Source of the DNA: a virus
Lineage: Duplodnaviria > Caudoviricetes
IMG/VR virus record: IMGVR_UViG_3300010361_000013
Location: 1,168-65,167 of that record
DNA: 64,000 nt
Reading direction: 5' to 3' (one strand)
The number at the start of each line of letters is the position of its first letter. Positions within the stretch are counted from its first letter, which is position 1. The notes beneath the pieces were generated by a model. It saw only the letters and a program-made list of their open reading frames with translations. It had not been told where the DNA came from and ran no database searches. Made by a program: the position numbers and the translations under genes. Below are positions 14,694 through 23,402 of the stretch, piece by piece.

Positions 14694-15653
14694 ATGGCAC
14701 GCACCGCACTTTATGCCCCCGCCCACCGCGTAATGGGGCGGTTTGCCCCGCCGATCGGTGGCACGTCTGGCACGCAGCCACCCACCGTCGGTCCCTCCGC
14801 CGACGCGGTGTTCGCGGGCGTGCAGGACGCCAGGATGCAGTGGAAGACGGGGTACAGCACCTCGGTGCCCGAGGTCATGATGTGGCCCGATCTGGCGGCG
14901 TATCCGCAGGTCGATCAGGTGCCGTCGACGGCGGCGGCGGCGACCATCGTGGCGGCGGCCATCCCGGTGTCGGGCACGCCGATGACGCTGATCCCTGCGA
15001 CCGGCGGCGGTATCACTGTAGGTGGCGGGCCGCCAGTCACGCTGTCTGGCCTGTACGTCACAACCGGCGCCGAGCGCTGGATCGACGGGCCGCCGACCTA
15101 CCGTCTTTTCGGCCAGGGCAGGCAGCTCACCGGCTGCTACGACGGCACCACCATGCTGGCGCGCGCGGTCAGGATCACCAGCGTCGGCAATGACAGTGGC
15201 GCCACGGTGACGATCACCGGCCTCGATATGTACGGCTATCTGCAGCATGCCACGATGACCATGGCCAACGCGGGCAGCGTGGTGACGACCAAGACCTTCA
15301 AGGCGATTATCTCGGTGGTCTGCACCGGCACGCTGTCGGGGTCGAACGTCTCGGTGGGGCAGGCGGACGTCTTTGGGCTGCCGTTCTTCTGCAACACCAT
15401 CAGCGCGCTGGAAGGGTTCTGGAACAACGTCCAGCACTACGGCACCGGCACGCTGGTGAATGGGGTCACCACCTCGCCGCCAACCGCCCTGACCGGCGAT
15501 CCCAAGGGCACCTGGGCGCCCCCCAACGCCTCGGACGGCACCAAGCGCTGGACGCTTTACCAGCACCCGAATCTGCAGGCGATGACGCCGACCTGGAACG
15601 GCGCGGGCTGCTACGGCGTCAATGTCGGCATGTTTGGTCAGGCGATTGTCTGA
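14694..15653 (+). CDS. Virion structural protein (hypothetical)
   Basis: 319 aa, Gly/Thr/Ala-rich, in the morphogenesis operon. Confidence 0.65.
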   Translation: MARTALYAPAHRVMGRFAPPIGGTSGTQPPTVGPSADAVFAGVQDARMQWKTGYSTSVPEVMMWPDLAAYPQVDQVPSTAAAATIVAAAIPVSGTPMTLIPATGGGITVGGGPPVTLSGLYVTTGAERWIDGPPTYRLFGQGRQLTGCYDGTTMLARAVRITSVGNDSGATVTITGLDMYGYLQHATMTMANAGSVVTTKTFKAIISVVCTGTLSGSNVSVGQADVFGLPFFCNTISALEGFWNNVQHYGTGTLVNGVTTSPPTALTGDPKGTWAPPNASDGTKRWTLYQHPNLQAMTPTWNGAGCYGVNVGMFGQAIV

Positions 15654-15656
15654 ACC

Positions 15657-16094
15657 ATGGCCGATAGCGTCACCACCCAGTGGCTCGAGAACGGTCCCAG
15701 ATTCGCGGTCGGGAAATTCACGAATGTGTCCGATGCCACGGGTGAGGTGGCCGTCGTAAAAGTCGACGCCACCGCGACGGGGCCGTTGGGCTGGCGCATG
15801 TCGGGCCAGATGCTCTATCCGGGCACCCATCTGGCGATGACCGAGATCAAGTTCTCGATCAGCCAGATGGCGCTGCGCATCATGTGGCAGGCGACGGCCA
15901 ATGTGGATCTGCTGGCATTGGGAACATCGGATCACTGGACTTTCCTGGGCGAGCGCAACGGGTTCGGTGGGCTGGTGGTGCCTCCAGGGACGGCGGGCGC
16001 CACCGGGTCGATCCTGTTCACAACCCTGGGCGCGGCGGCCAATTCGACCTATACGATCATCGCGACGTTCACCAAGAACCTGCCCAATCAGTGA
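15657..16094 (+). CDS. Virion structural protein (hypothetical)
   Basis: 145 aa, tightly packed in the operon. Confidence 0.65.
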   Translation: MADSVTTQWLENGPRFAVGKFTNVSDATGEVAVVKVDATATGPLGWRMSGQMLYPGTHLAMTEIKFSISQMALRIMWQATANVDLLALGTSDHWTFLGERNGFGGLVVPPGTAGATGSILFTTLGAAANSTYTIIATFTKNLPNQ

Positions 16095-16101
16095 GAGATG
16101 A

Positions 16102-16347
16102 ATGTCTCACTCGCAGCATCGGCGGCGCCACGCCCTCGCGGAGATAGAGGAGACCGCCGCGCGCTTTGAGGAGCGTGCCGAGGCGCATCCCAACCGCTGT
16201 CCGAATTGCCGCTGGTCGGAGCCTGCGCGGGCGGCGGACCGGTGGCTGTGCCATTACGAGCCGCCGATCTGCAACGTCCACCGGCCGGGGGAGAGCTACT
16301 ACCCCACGGTGACGGCGGACGACTGGTGTGGGCGGTTCGAGCAATGA
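16102..16347 (+). CDS. Small Cys-rich protein, paralogue of 5705-5914
   Basis: CPNCRW..WLCHYEPP..YYPTVTADDWCGRF. Confidence 0.7.
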   Translation: MSHSQHRRRHALAEIEETAARFEERAEAHPNRCPNCRWSEPARAADRWLCHYEPPICNVHRPGESYYPTVTADDWCGRFEQ

Positions 16348-17012
16348 GCGAGCGTGCTGGCATCACACCAGCGTGCTCAAGTTGTGCGTACAGCCAGCAG
16401 ACCGGGCCTAATCTGCTCTGTTTGCGACTTCCTCCAGCTGCGTCACCGCTGCTTCCTGGCTTCAATGCGCTGTGGCCGATCGTCCATCCTACTGACTGGT
16501 GCGGTGCTTGGTCGTCGTTCTCGAACCCGCCCGACTACTCGGCTGCCATGGTCAATCTAGCCAATACTGCGGCGGGCGATCTCTTCTGTCTCACTGGGAG
16601 CGCCTCGCAGGTCGTCCGTGTGCAGCGTGTTTCGATCTCAGGGCAGACGAACAATGCCACGACGGTCGATATGTCGCTGGTCCTGCGGTCCAGCCTCAAT
16701 ACCGGGGGCACGCCCACGACGGTACCTGTAATTCCCTCTGATGGGTTAGATCCGCCCGCGACCGCTTCGGTAACCGCTTACGGGACGGCGCCCGTGGCGG
16801 GGACGACGGTCGGCACTATCCGCGCCCAGAATTATCAGATGTCAGCCGCCAATCAGGGTGGCACCACGATCGCTGTGGTGTGGCTACCGACACCCAGAAC
16901 GCAAGAGCTGGCGGTGTTGCGTGGGGCAACCAACACGCTGTGCATTGCGACCTCGGGGCTTACCGGCGGGTCGTGGGATATCTCGGTGCATTGGCTGGAG
17001 AGTGCGTCGTGA
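16344..17012 (+). CDS. Cys-rich module fused to a beta-rich structural domain
   Basis: CSSCAY..LCLRLPP..WPIVHPTDWCGAW followed by a Thr/Ser-rich domain; ATGA overlap. Confidence 0.7.
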   Translation: MSERAGITPACSSCAYSQQTGPNLLCLRLPPAASPLLPGFNALWPIVHPTDWCGAWSSFSNPPDYSAAMVNLANTAAGDLFCLTGSASQVVRVQRVSISGQTNNATTVDMSLVLRSSLNTGGTPTTVPVIPSDGLDPPATASVTAYGTAPVAGTTVGTIRAQNYQMSAANQGGTTIAVVWLPTPRTQELAVLRGATNTLCIATSGLTGGSWDISVHWLESAS

Positions 17013-17593
17013 CCGAGGCGTGGTTCTACAAGCCGGCAGATTACTACATCCTCGATGATATCTCGGGGTTCAAGGTCCGTCGCTCGCGTGCCAGGAAGAT
17101 CCCCGGCGGCCAGACCGGTAACCTGATCGTCGAGACGAAGCGCTGGGAAGCGCAGCACCCGCAGGATTTCGTTCGCGGAATATACGACGACCAGACGGTG
17201 CCAGAGGCACGTCCGAGGCAGCCCAACCAGTTCGTCATCGTCGCCACCTGGGTGACCGCCAAGACGCCGCGCCAGGAAGGCGTTATCACAGTGGACAGTG
17301 TCGCGGGCTTCAACCTGGGCGACCGCGTCTATGTCATGCTCGACAGCGGCGAGCCGTACTATCCTGTCGTCTACTACATTGCGGGCAATCAGCTCTGGCT
17401 GACGCCGCCCCTGCCGGTTGGTGTGGGTGGTCCGTACAATGACTTCGGCATGACCGGGAACTACGGCGATCCGCTGGAGAATGTGGTCATCGACCTTGGC
17501 CCGAGCGGGCTGACCACGATCCCGGTGCTCGGGACCGATGTCGAGCAATTTATCCTGGACGACGCAGGCGACTTCATATCGGCGACAACATGA
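17009..17593 (+). CDS. Conserved phage morphogenesis-region protein
   Basis: DDISGFKV..WEAQHPQDFVRG..DDQTVPEARPRQP; GTGA overlap. Confidence 0.65.
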   Translation: MTEAWFYKPADYYILDDISGFKVRRSRARKIPGGQTGNLIVETKRWEAQHPQDFVRGIYDDQTVPEARPRQPNQFVIVATWVTAKTPRQEGVITVDSVAGFNLGDRVYVMLDSGEPYYPVVYYIAGNQLWLTPPLPVGVGGPYNDFGMTGNYGDPLENVVIDLGPSGLTTIPVLGTDVEQFILDDAGDFISATT

Positions 17594-18951
17594 GCGCAGC
17601 ACTCTTCACTGTTGGACCTCCTGCGCCGCCGCAGTCCTTGGAGACGATAGTGGCGTGGCCGTCCCCGACAGGGACAGTGACCGAGACGATCATCACGATC
17701 GGGCAGCTGCCGCCTGCGATTGCGCCGCAGCCCACCGACACGATGGCGGCGTGGCAGGCGGGGCAGACGCCCAGCACCCGACAGATGACGCTGGCGCAGG
17801 CGTTCGCGGCAGCTGGTGCGGTCAAGATCGGAGCGACGCCGCCGAGCAATCCGTATGGGGGGCAGCTATGGTTCGATAACGTCGGCACCCAGCTGTACGT
17901 CTACTACACCGATCCGAACTCGTCGGAGTGGGTGATTGCCAACAACTCGGGCATGACGGGAGCGTATCTCCCGCTCGGAGGGGGTACGGTCACGGGCGGG
18001 TTAAACGTCGCTGGGGTTCTTTACGCGGGCCAGCACATCACCACGCCGACGCTCTATATCCAAGGCCCAGGCACTGCCACTGACTGGTGGTTCAGCGTCG
18101 CCCCCAATGGCAGCAAGATCCAGCAGTTCCAAAGCGCCACCCCGAACGCGTGGTATGATTACTGGGACGCCACCAACGGTACCCGCTCCTGGTATGGTCC
18201 GTCCGGGGTGCTGATGTATTTGACCGGCGCTGGCAATCTATGGGTGGACAGCTCAGTCACTACCGGCACGGTCAATGCCACCACCATCAATGCCCCCACA
18301 ATTAATACGACATCCCAACTCACTGCACCGTACATCGTCAGTACCGGTGCCATCGCCGCCAGCGACACCGTCTCTGGCGACAAACTGTATGCAGCCGATT
18401 TCATATCTGCGGCTGGCCTGATCGCGGCTGGTTCGGAAGTTTATGCCTACGGCGACAGCTCGTTTGGCATACTCCAGACCGGCAGCACACGAAGCTTTTC
18501 CTTCAGCGCCTCAAACTACATTTCCATGGATCTAACCACCGACATCGGGTATTGGGCGTTTGCCAACAACGCGATGTGGTATTGGAACGGCCAGAGCGGC
18601 ACCTGCTACAACGTGATCTCGTGGACCGGCGGTAATGGCCCCTACACGAATGTCTCTGATCCGAGACTGAAGCAGAGCATTGTGCCCGCGAGAGAAGGTC
18701 TCGACGTTCTGCAACGACTGACGCCGATCGGGTTCATGCGCGCGGGACGCGGCAATATCGGACGCGAGATCGGCTTCGACGCCGATGAACTGGCCAGGGT
18801 GCTGCCTGAGGCAGTGACCACGATGCCGATGCCCGATCTGCCGGATGCCAAGGCAATCCAGGAGAGCATGATCCTCGCGGTGGCGGTGAATGCGATCAAG
18901 GAACTCAAGACCGAGTTGGACGCGCTGAAGCGTCAGCTCGAGGGGAGATAA
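17590..18951 (+). CDS. Tail fibre with C-terminal intramolecular chaperone (peptidase S74)
   Basis: SDPRLKQSI...L.RLTPIGF...IGFDADELARVLPEAV...NAIKELKTELDALK. Confidence 0.85.
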   Translation: MSAALFTVGPPAPPQSLETIVAWPSPTGTVTETIITIGQLPPAIAPQPTDTMAAWQAGQTPSTRQMTLAQAFAAAGAVKIGATPPSNPYGGQLWFDNVGTQLYVYYTDPNSSEWVIANNSGMTGAYLPLGGGTVTGGLNVAGVLYAGQHITTPTLYIQGPGTATDWWFSVAPNGSKIQQFQSATPNAWYDYWDATNGTRSWYGPSGVLMYLTGAGNLWVDSSVTTGTVNATTINAPTINTTSQLTAPYIVSTGAIAASDTVSGDKLYAADFISAAGLIAAGSEVYAYGDSSFGILQTGSTRSFSFSASNYISMDLTTDIGYWAFANNAMWYWNGQSGTCYNVISWTGGNGPYTNVSDPRLKQSIVPAREGLDVLQRLTPIGFMRAGRGNIGREIGFDADELARVLPEAVTTMPMPDLPDAKAIQESMILAVAVNAIKELKTELDALKRQLEGR

Positions 18952-18955
18952 GCCA

Positions 18956-21475
18956 TTGCCGTTTGATTTCCCGAACAATCCGCCGATTGGTACCACCGTC
19001 ACGGGCAGCCAGGGCGAGCTGTACTATTGGGATGGCGTGAAGTGGACGAGCGTCGCGGGCACCGGCAGCGTCACCAACGGCGGGACTTATGTCGGTGATG
19101 TGGCGCCCTCTCCGCCGAACCCAGGCCAGTTCTGGTTTAACAGCATCGATACCCAGCTGTATGTGTGGTATGTCGATCCGACGTCGAGCGAGTGGGTCGT
19201 CGCGAACAACTTCGGAGCAAGCGGGTCTTACGTACCCATCAACGGCACGACGATGTCGGGACCGCTAATCTTGTACGCCGATCCGACCGCTCCGCTCGGC
19301 GCAGCGACCAAGCAGTACGCTGACAACAGGCTGCATAGCATCGGGTATGCTTCTGCGTATGACTTCGGTGTGCTGTTCAACGGCACGGATGAGACATCTA
19401 ACTTTCAGACCTATCTGAACTATTGCCGGGATAATCAACTGGATTGGTTTCTGCCAAAGACACTTACAGCGGATGGGCTTACGTTTTACACGTCAGGACG
19501 GGCTGCACCGGGTGCGCAGATACTTGCCACGAACAACGGCCAAAGCACGCAGGTTGTCACCATTCAGTATCTTGCTGCCGACCTGCTTACGGTAGCGTCG
19601 GGCGAGTATTCCGGATGGAGCGATCTGTATCGCGGCAGTCCGCAGATCACCGGCCTGAGCGGACGACGCGGGCAGTATGTCTACATCACCCAGTCGGATG
19701 CACTGATTGGCCGATATGGCAGCACGGCGTTTACTCAACAGCTTGGTTTCACTGTGTGGAGCGATGCCGGCGATATCTATCCGCCGATCGGTGATACCCT
19801 GACATGGCCGGGGACGGGCACCGCGGTCACCGCGCAGGTGATGCGTAGCCAGATCACGATCGAGAACCTTGTCGTGGTGATGAGCGACCCGCCCGGCGGC
19901 AATACCGGCGGTGAGCGTAACCGGGTTGTGACGATCAACCGCGCCAACGTCACGATGCGCGGCTGCCAGATCCTGTCGAACTGTGCGACGGTCGGCATCC
20001 AGCAGGGGTTCGTCTGTACCAACACGACTAATGTCCAGTTCGAGCGGTGCGTAGTGGACAATATCCGGGGTTCCGGCACGACGAACTACGGTTTCAACAA
20101 CGGCGGGTCTAACTTCATCAGCTATATCGACTGTCAGACCCGCAAGACGCGGCGCGGCATCGACGCGCAATCCGGCAACATGATCCGGGTGCGCGGCGGT
20201 TCGTTCGATGGCGGCATCGGTGCGCATTGGGGGCATGACATCGATGTCGATGGTGCCTTGGTTGCTTTGAACTATTCGGGCGGCAGTGATCGGGCGCTGT
20301 GGTTCAGTGGCGGCAACTGCCGGGTGCGGAATTGCACGATCACGCTGACCGGGTCGGCGCTCGGCGTGATGGGCCTGCGCAGCGATCTCTACGAGATGTA
20401 CGGGTTGTTCGAGCTGAGCGGCTGCAAGATCGTCATCGACAATACCGGATCGTCGATTGGTGCGAGTGCCGTGGTCGAACTGATGAACCTGTCCGGCCCT
20501 TCGGCAGGTTCGGTCTATGATACGCTGCGTGCGGTCACGCTACCGTCCGAAATCCGGATTGTCGGTAATCGGGTGAGCTATCTTGGACCGAACACCGCGA
20601 CGTTGTCGGTGCTGTCGCTGTGTAATGACTGGACCAGCGCGCAGTTCAACCAGCAATTGACGCTGGAGGGAACGGTTGCCATCCATGACAACGTATTCGA
20701 TTTGCAGAACGGACTGACCGATGGTGCTGGCAATCCACGGCTGACCATGACCGCTATCCGTCCGCAGTCGCAGGTTGGCGGCGGTTACCGGATGCGCATC
20801 AAGGGGATGCCGTGCTTCTATTATTACGCGCTGGCAGACAGCTTGGCGGTGAACAACGCCAGCCGGCATCAGTTGCGCGTAGAGGATGTCAGCGGTCCGC
20901 TGCGGTTGAGCCAGTCGGCGGGCATGTTCTCGCGTGCCGCAATGCTGAACTGTCTTGGCACGATCACTGTTGGCATACCGACCGGAGGCGCTGGATACAC
21001 GCCGGTTGGCGACGAGGTGATCTTCTCGCGCGATGATCTGAATTTGCAACACACTTACTACACAATAGCTGGCGTGGCGCAGCCGGCATTCATACTGTCC
21101 AACCTTGGAGCAGGCGCATATTTCCAATTATCAAACGGCGCGAGCGGCATAGTTATGCAGGCCCAAGGCCCGACCAACGCCAGCGTGAATATCGTATCGC
21201 GTGGCTCGGGCTTCCTGAACCTAGGCACTGCCTCAGCGCCTATGACAATCACCAGCTCGACCTACACACTGAACGGCACGAACATCATACTGAACGGCAG
21301 CGGTACCGGCGTGACAATCGGCGCGTCGGGCGCACCGAATATCCGAAGTGGTACGGGCGTTGCGACCGGAACTCAGCCTGCGGGAAGTTTGTTTCTGCGC
21401 ACGGATGGTGCGGTCGGTACGCGGCTCTACGTCAGTGCCGGCGCCGGTACTTGGAATGCCGTGGCGGGTGTGTGA
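18956..21475 (+). CDS. Tail spike (beta-helix, putative polysaccharide depolymerase)
   Basis: TTG start, MPFDFP N-module, YDFGVLFNGTDET entry motif, parallel beta-helix-like repeats. Confidence 0.75.
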   Translation: MPFDFPNNPPIGTTVTGSQGELYYWDGVKWTSVAGTGSVTNGGTYVGDVAPSPPNPGQFWFNSIDTQLYVWYVDPTSSEWVVANNFGASGSYVPINGTTMSGPLILYADPTAPLGAATKQYADNRLHSIGYASAYDFGVLFNGTDETSNFQTYLNYCRDNQLDWFLPKTLTADGLTFYTSGRAAPGAQILATNNGQSTQVVTIQYLAADLLTVASGEYSGWSDLYRGSPQITGLSGRRGQYVYITQSDALIGRYGSTAFTQQLGFTVWSDAGDIYPPIGDTLTWPGTGTAVTAQVMRSQITIENLVVVMSDPPGGNTGGERNRVVTINRANVTMRGCQILSNCATVGIQQGFVCTNTTNVQFERCVVDNIRGSGTTNYGFNNGGSNFISYIDCQTRKTRRGIDAQSGNMIRVRGGSFDGGIGAHWGHDIDVDGALVALNYSGGSDRALWFSGGNCRVRNCTITLTGSALGVMGLRSDLYEMYGLFELSGCKIVIDNTGSSIGASAVVELMNLSGPSAGSVYDTLRAVTLPSEIRIVGNRVSYLGPNTATLSVLSLCNDWTSAQFNQQLTLEGTVAIHDNVFDLQNGLTDGAGNPRLTMTAIRPQSQVGGGYRMRIKGMPCFYYYALADSLAVNNASRHQLRVEDVSGPLRLSQSAGMFSRAAMLNCLGTITVGIPTGGAGYTPVGDEVIFSRDDLNLQHTYYTIAGVAQPAFILSNLGAGAYFQLSNGASGIVMQAQGPTNASVNIVSRGSGFLNLGTASAPMTITSSTYTLNGTNIILNGSGTGVTIGASGAPNIRSGTGVATGTQPAGSLFLRTDGAVGTRLYVSAGAGTWNAVAGV

Positions 21476-21514
21476 CATGAACGGAACCAGGATTGCCCTA
21501 AGGAGAATGCGATA

Positions 21515-21745
21515 ATGGACATGCCTCCCGAGCCGCCACAGCAGACTAATTTCCTCCCCACTCGCCCGCTCCCCGCCACTATGGAGGCGCAGGAGTGGAA
21601 CGTTGTCTGCTTCCTGATCGAGCTAGCAAGCCGCAACCTGATCACCAAGCTGGTCAGCCAACTTCAGCCGCAGCAGCCGCCGATGCCACCGCCACGGCCT
21701 CCGACGCGTCAACCAATGCCTGCGTCAAACACTGAGGAGGACTGA
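21515..21745 (+). CDS. Small tail-associated hypothetical protein
   Basis: [23 protein letters not shown]; between fibre genes. Confidence 0.6.
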   Translation: MDMPPEPPQQTNFLPTRPLPATMEAQEWNVVCFLIELASRNLITKLVSQLQPQQPPMPPPRPPTRQPMPASNTEED

Positions 21746-21747
21746 CC

Positions 21748-23400
21748 ATTTACGACTTTCCGTCCGGGATAGCGTCTGGCACCACCGTCACCGGGTCCAA
21801 TGGAGCCACCTACCGGTGGGATGGCTTCAAATGGGTCGGCGTTGCAGGCGGTGGCGCTGGCGGCGGTAGCGGCGCGGCCTATGCCTACGTAGGGGACAGC
21901 CCACCGGGGACGCCGCAGTCCGGGCAATTATGGTTTTCCACGACCGATGTGCAGCTCTACGTCTGGTACACCGATCCGACGTCTACAGAGTGGGTGGTGG
22001 CGACCAATGTCGGCACCATTGGTGGATATCTCAGCCTCTCTGGAGGCACCCTTACAGGCCCCTTGATCCTGGCAGCGGACCCGACGGTGGCACTCGGCGC
22101 AGCAACCAAGCAATACGTCGATGTCCATGCCGCAGGGGTGCCGTCGACCACGCCGCCCTTGATGGACGGCACCGCAGCAGCGGGCACTGCGACGGCATAT
22201 GCTCGTGGCGACCACGTACACCCGTCAGACACCAGCCGCTTGGCCGTGGGGGCTACCGCTGGCGGGGATCTCTCGGGCACTTACCCAAACCCTGCCCTTC
22301 CGACGACTGGTGTCACCGCAGGCAGCTATACCTTTGCGAACATCACGGTGGACGCGAAGGGCCGCGTGACGGCGGCGTCGAGTGGGACGGGCGTCGCGGC
22401 TGGCGTTTCCAGCTTTAACACCCGTACCGGGGCGGTCACACTGACCTCTGGCGACGTGTCGGGCGCGAGTGGTGTGCTGACGACCGGCGGCACCATGACC
22501 AACACCCTGACGTTCACAGGCCCCGCCACGCAGGTGGCGCTGGACGCCCGCACCGCAGGCTCCGCTGCCCAGATCAGTTTGACAGCCAACGCAGGGCAGG
22601 CGCGGCAGCTTGTCAGTCTTACTGGTGCCAACGCTCGTTGGCTGCTTCAGATAGGTAACAGTGCCGCTGAAAGCGGCAGCAATGCCGGTTCAGACTTTGC
22701 CATCGCTCGTTACAACGATGCGGGCGCCTTTCTAGACGTTCCAATGTCTATCCCCCGCTCCACCGGAGTGACCACATTCGGGGGTGGAGGCTTTGCCTCG
22801 AACGGCCCCGGCACAGCCCCGTCTCTGACGGTCAGCGGCACCATCCAGGGCGGTACCGTTCAGGGCGGCACCGTCCATTCCACCGGCAACGTGCAATGTG
22901 ACGGCAACGCTACTATCAACGGCACGGTCCAGGTCGGTTTCAACTACGGCATCCAATACACCGGCATCGCTGGTGACTACGTCGGGTTCGCAGCTGGCTC
23001 CAGCATCATGTTCGCTTACACCAACACGCACGGCAACATGTATTGGTCCGCGACTCCGTTCTCCGACCACAGGCTGAAGACCAACATCTCCGCACCCGGC
23101 GACGCATTGGCAGATCTCATGCGGTTCCGGGTGCATGCTTTCGATTGGCTGAAGCGGGTCAAGGGCGAGCCAACTGACGAGATCGAGCGTCATGCGCCCT
23201 ACGGGCTGATTGCGGACGAATTGCTCGAGCATGCCAGCGACTGTGTGATCGTCCCCGATTCGCCCACCTTGGCGGACGGCAGCAAGCCAGAGCTGTTCAA
23301 GTCACTCGATCTGGCCCCGATCCTGGCCCGCTGTGTCGGTGCGATCCAGCAGCTGGCGGCGCGGATTGAGGTGCTCGAAGCCCTGGTAGGGAGGCCATAG
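21748..23400 (+). CDS. Tail fibre with S74 chaperone; non-canonical start codon
   Basis: Open frame from 21736 encodes (I)[23 protein letters not shown], homologous to sibling N-termini; C-terminal SDHRLKTNI...YGLIADEL. Confidence 0.75.
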   Translation: MYDFPSGIASGTTVTGSNGATYRWDGFKWVGVAGGGAGGGSGAAYAYVGDSPPGTPQSGQLWFSTTDVQLYVWYTDPTSTEWVVATNVGTIGGYLSLSGGTLTGPLILAADPTVALGAATKQYVDVHAAGVPSTTPPLMDGTAAAGTATAYARGDHVHPSDTSRLAVGATAGGDLSGTYPNPALPTTGVTAGSYTFANITVDAKGRVTAASSGTGVAAGVSSFNTRTGAVTLTSGDVSGASGVLTTGGTMTNTLTFTGPATQVALDARTAGSAAQISLTANAGQARQLVSLTGANARWLLQIGNSAAESGSNAGSDFAIARYNDAGAFLDVPMSIPRSTGVTTFGGGGFASNGPGTAPSLTVSGTIQGGTVQGGTVHSTGNVQCDGNATINGTVQVGFNYGIQYTGIAGDYVGFAAGSSIMFAYTNTHGNMYWSATPFSDHRLKTNISAPGDALADLMRFRVHAFDWLKRVKGEPTDEIERHAPYGLIADELLEHASDCVIVPDSPTLADGSKPELFKSLDLAPILARCVGAIQQLAARIEVLEALVGRP

Positions 23401-23402
23401 CT

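Noticed and set aside
12974-16000. Long antisense ORFs (e.g. 12974-14281, 14607-15935, 11939-12856, 57310-58596)
   Set aside because: Shadow frames of well-supported genes in GC-rich DNA, with no recognisable motifs
16346-16356. GAGCGAGCGTG resembling a TIGR repeat
   Set aside because: Isolated match inside coding sequence with no partner repeat at 18 nt
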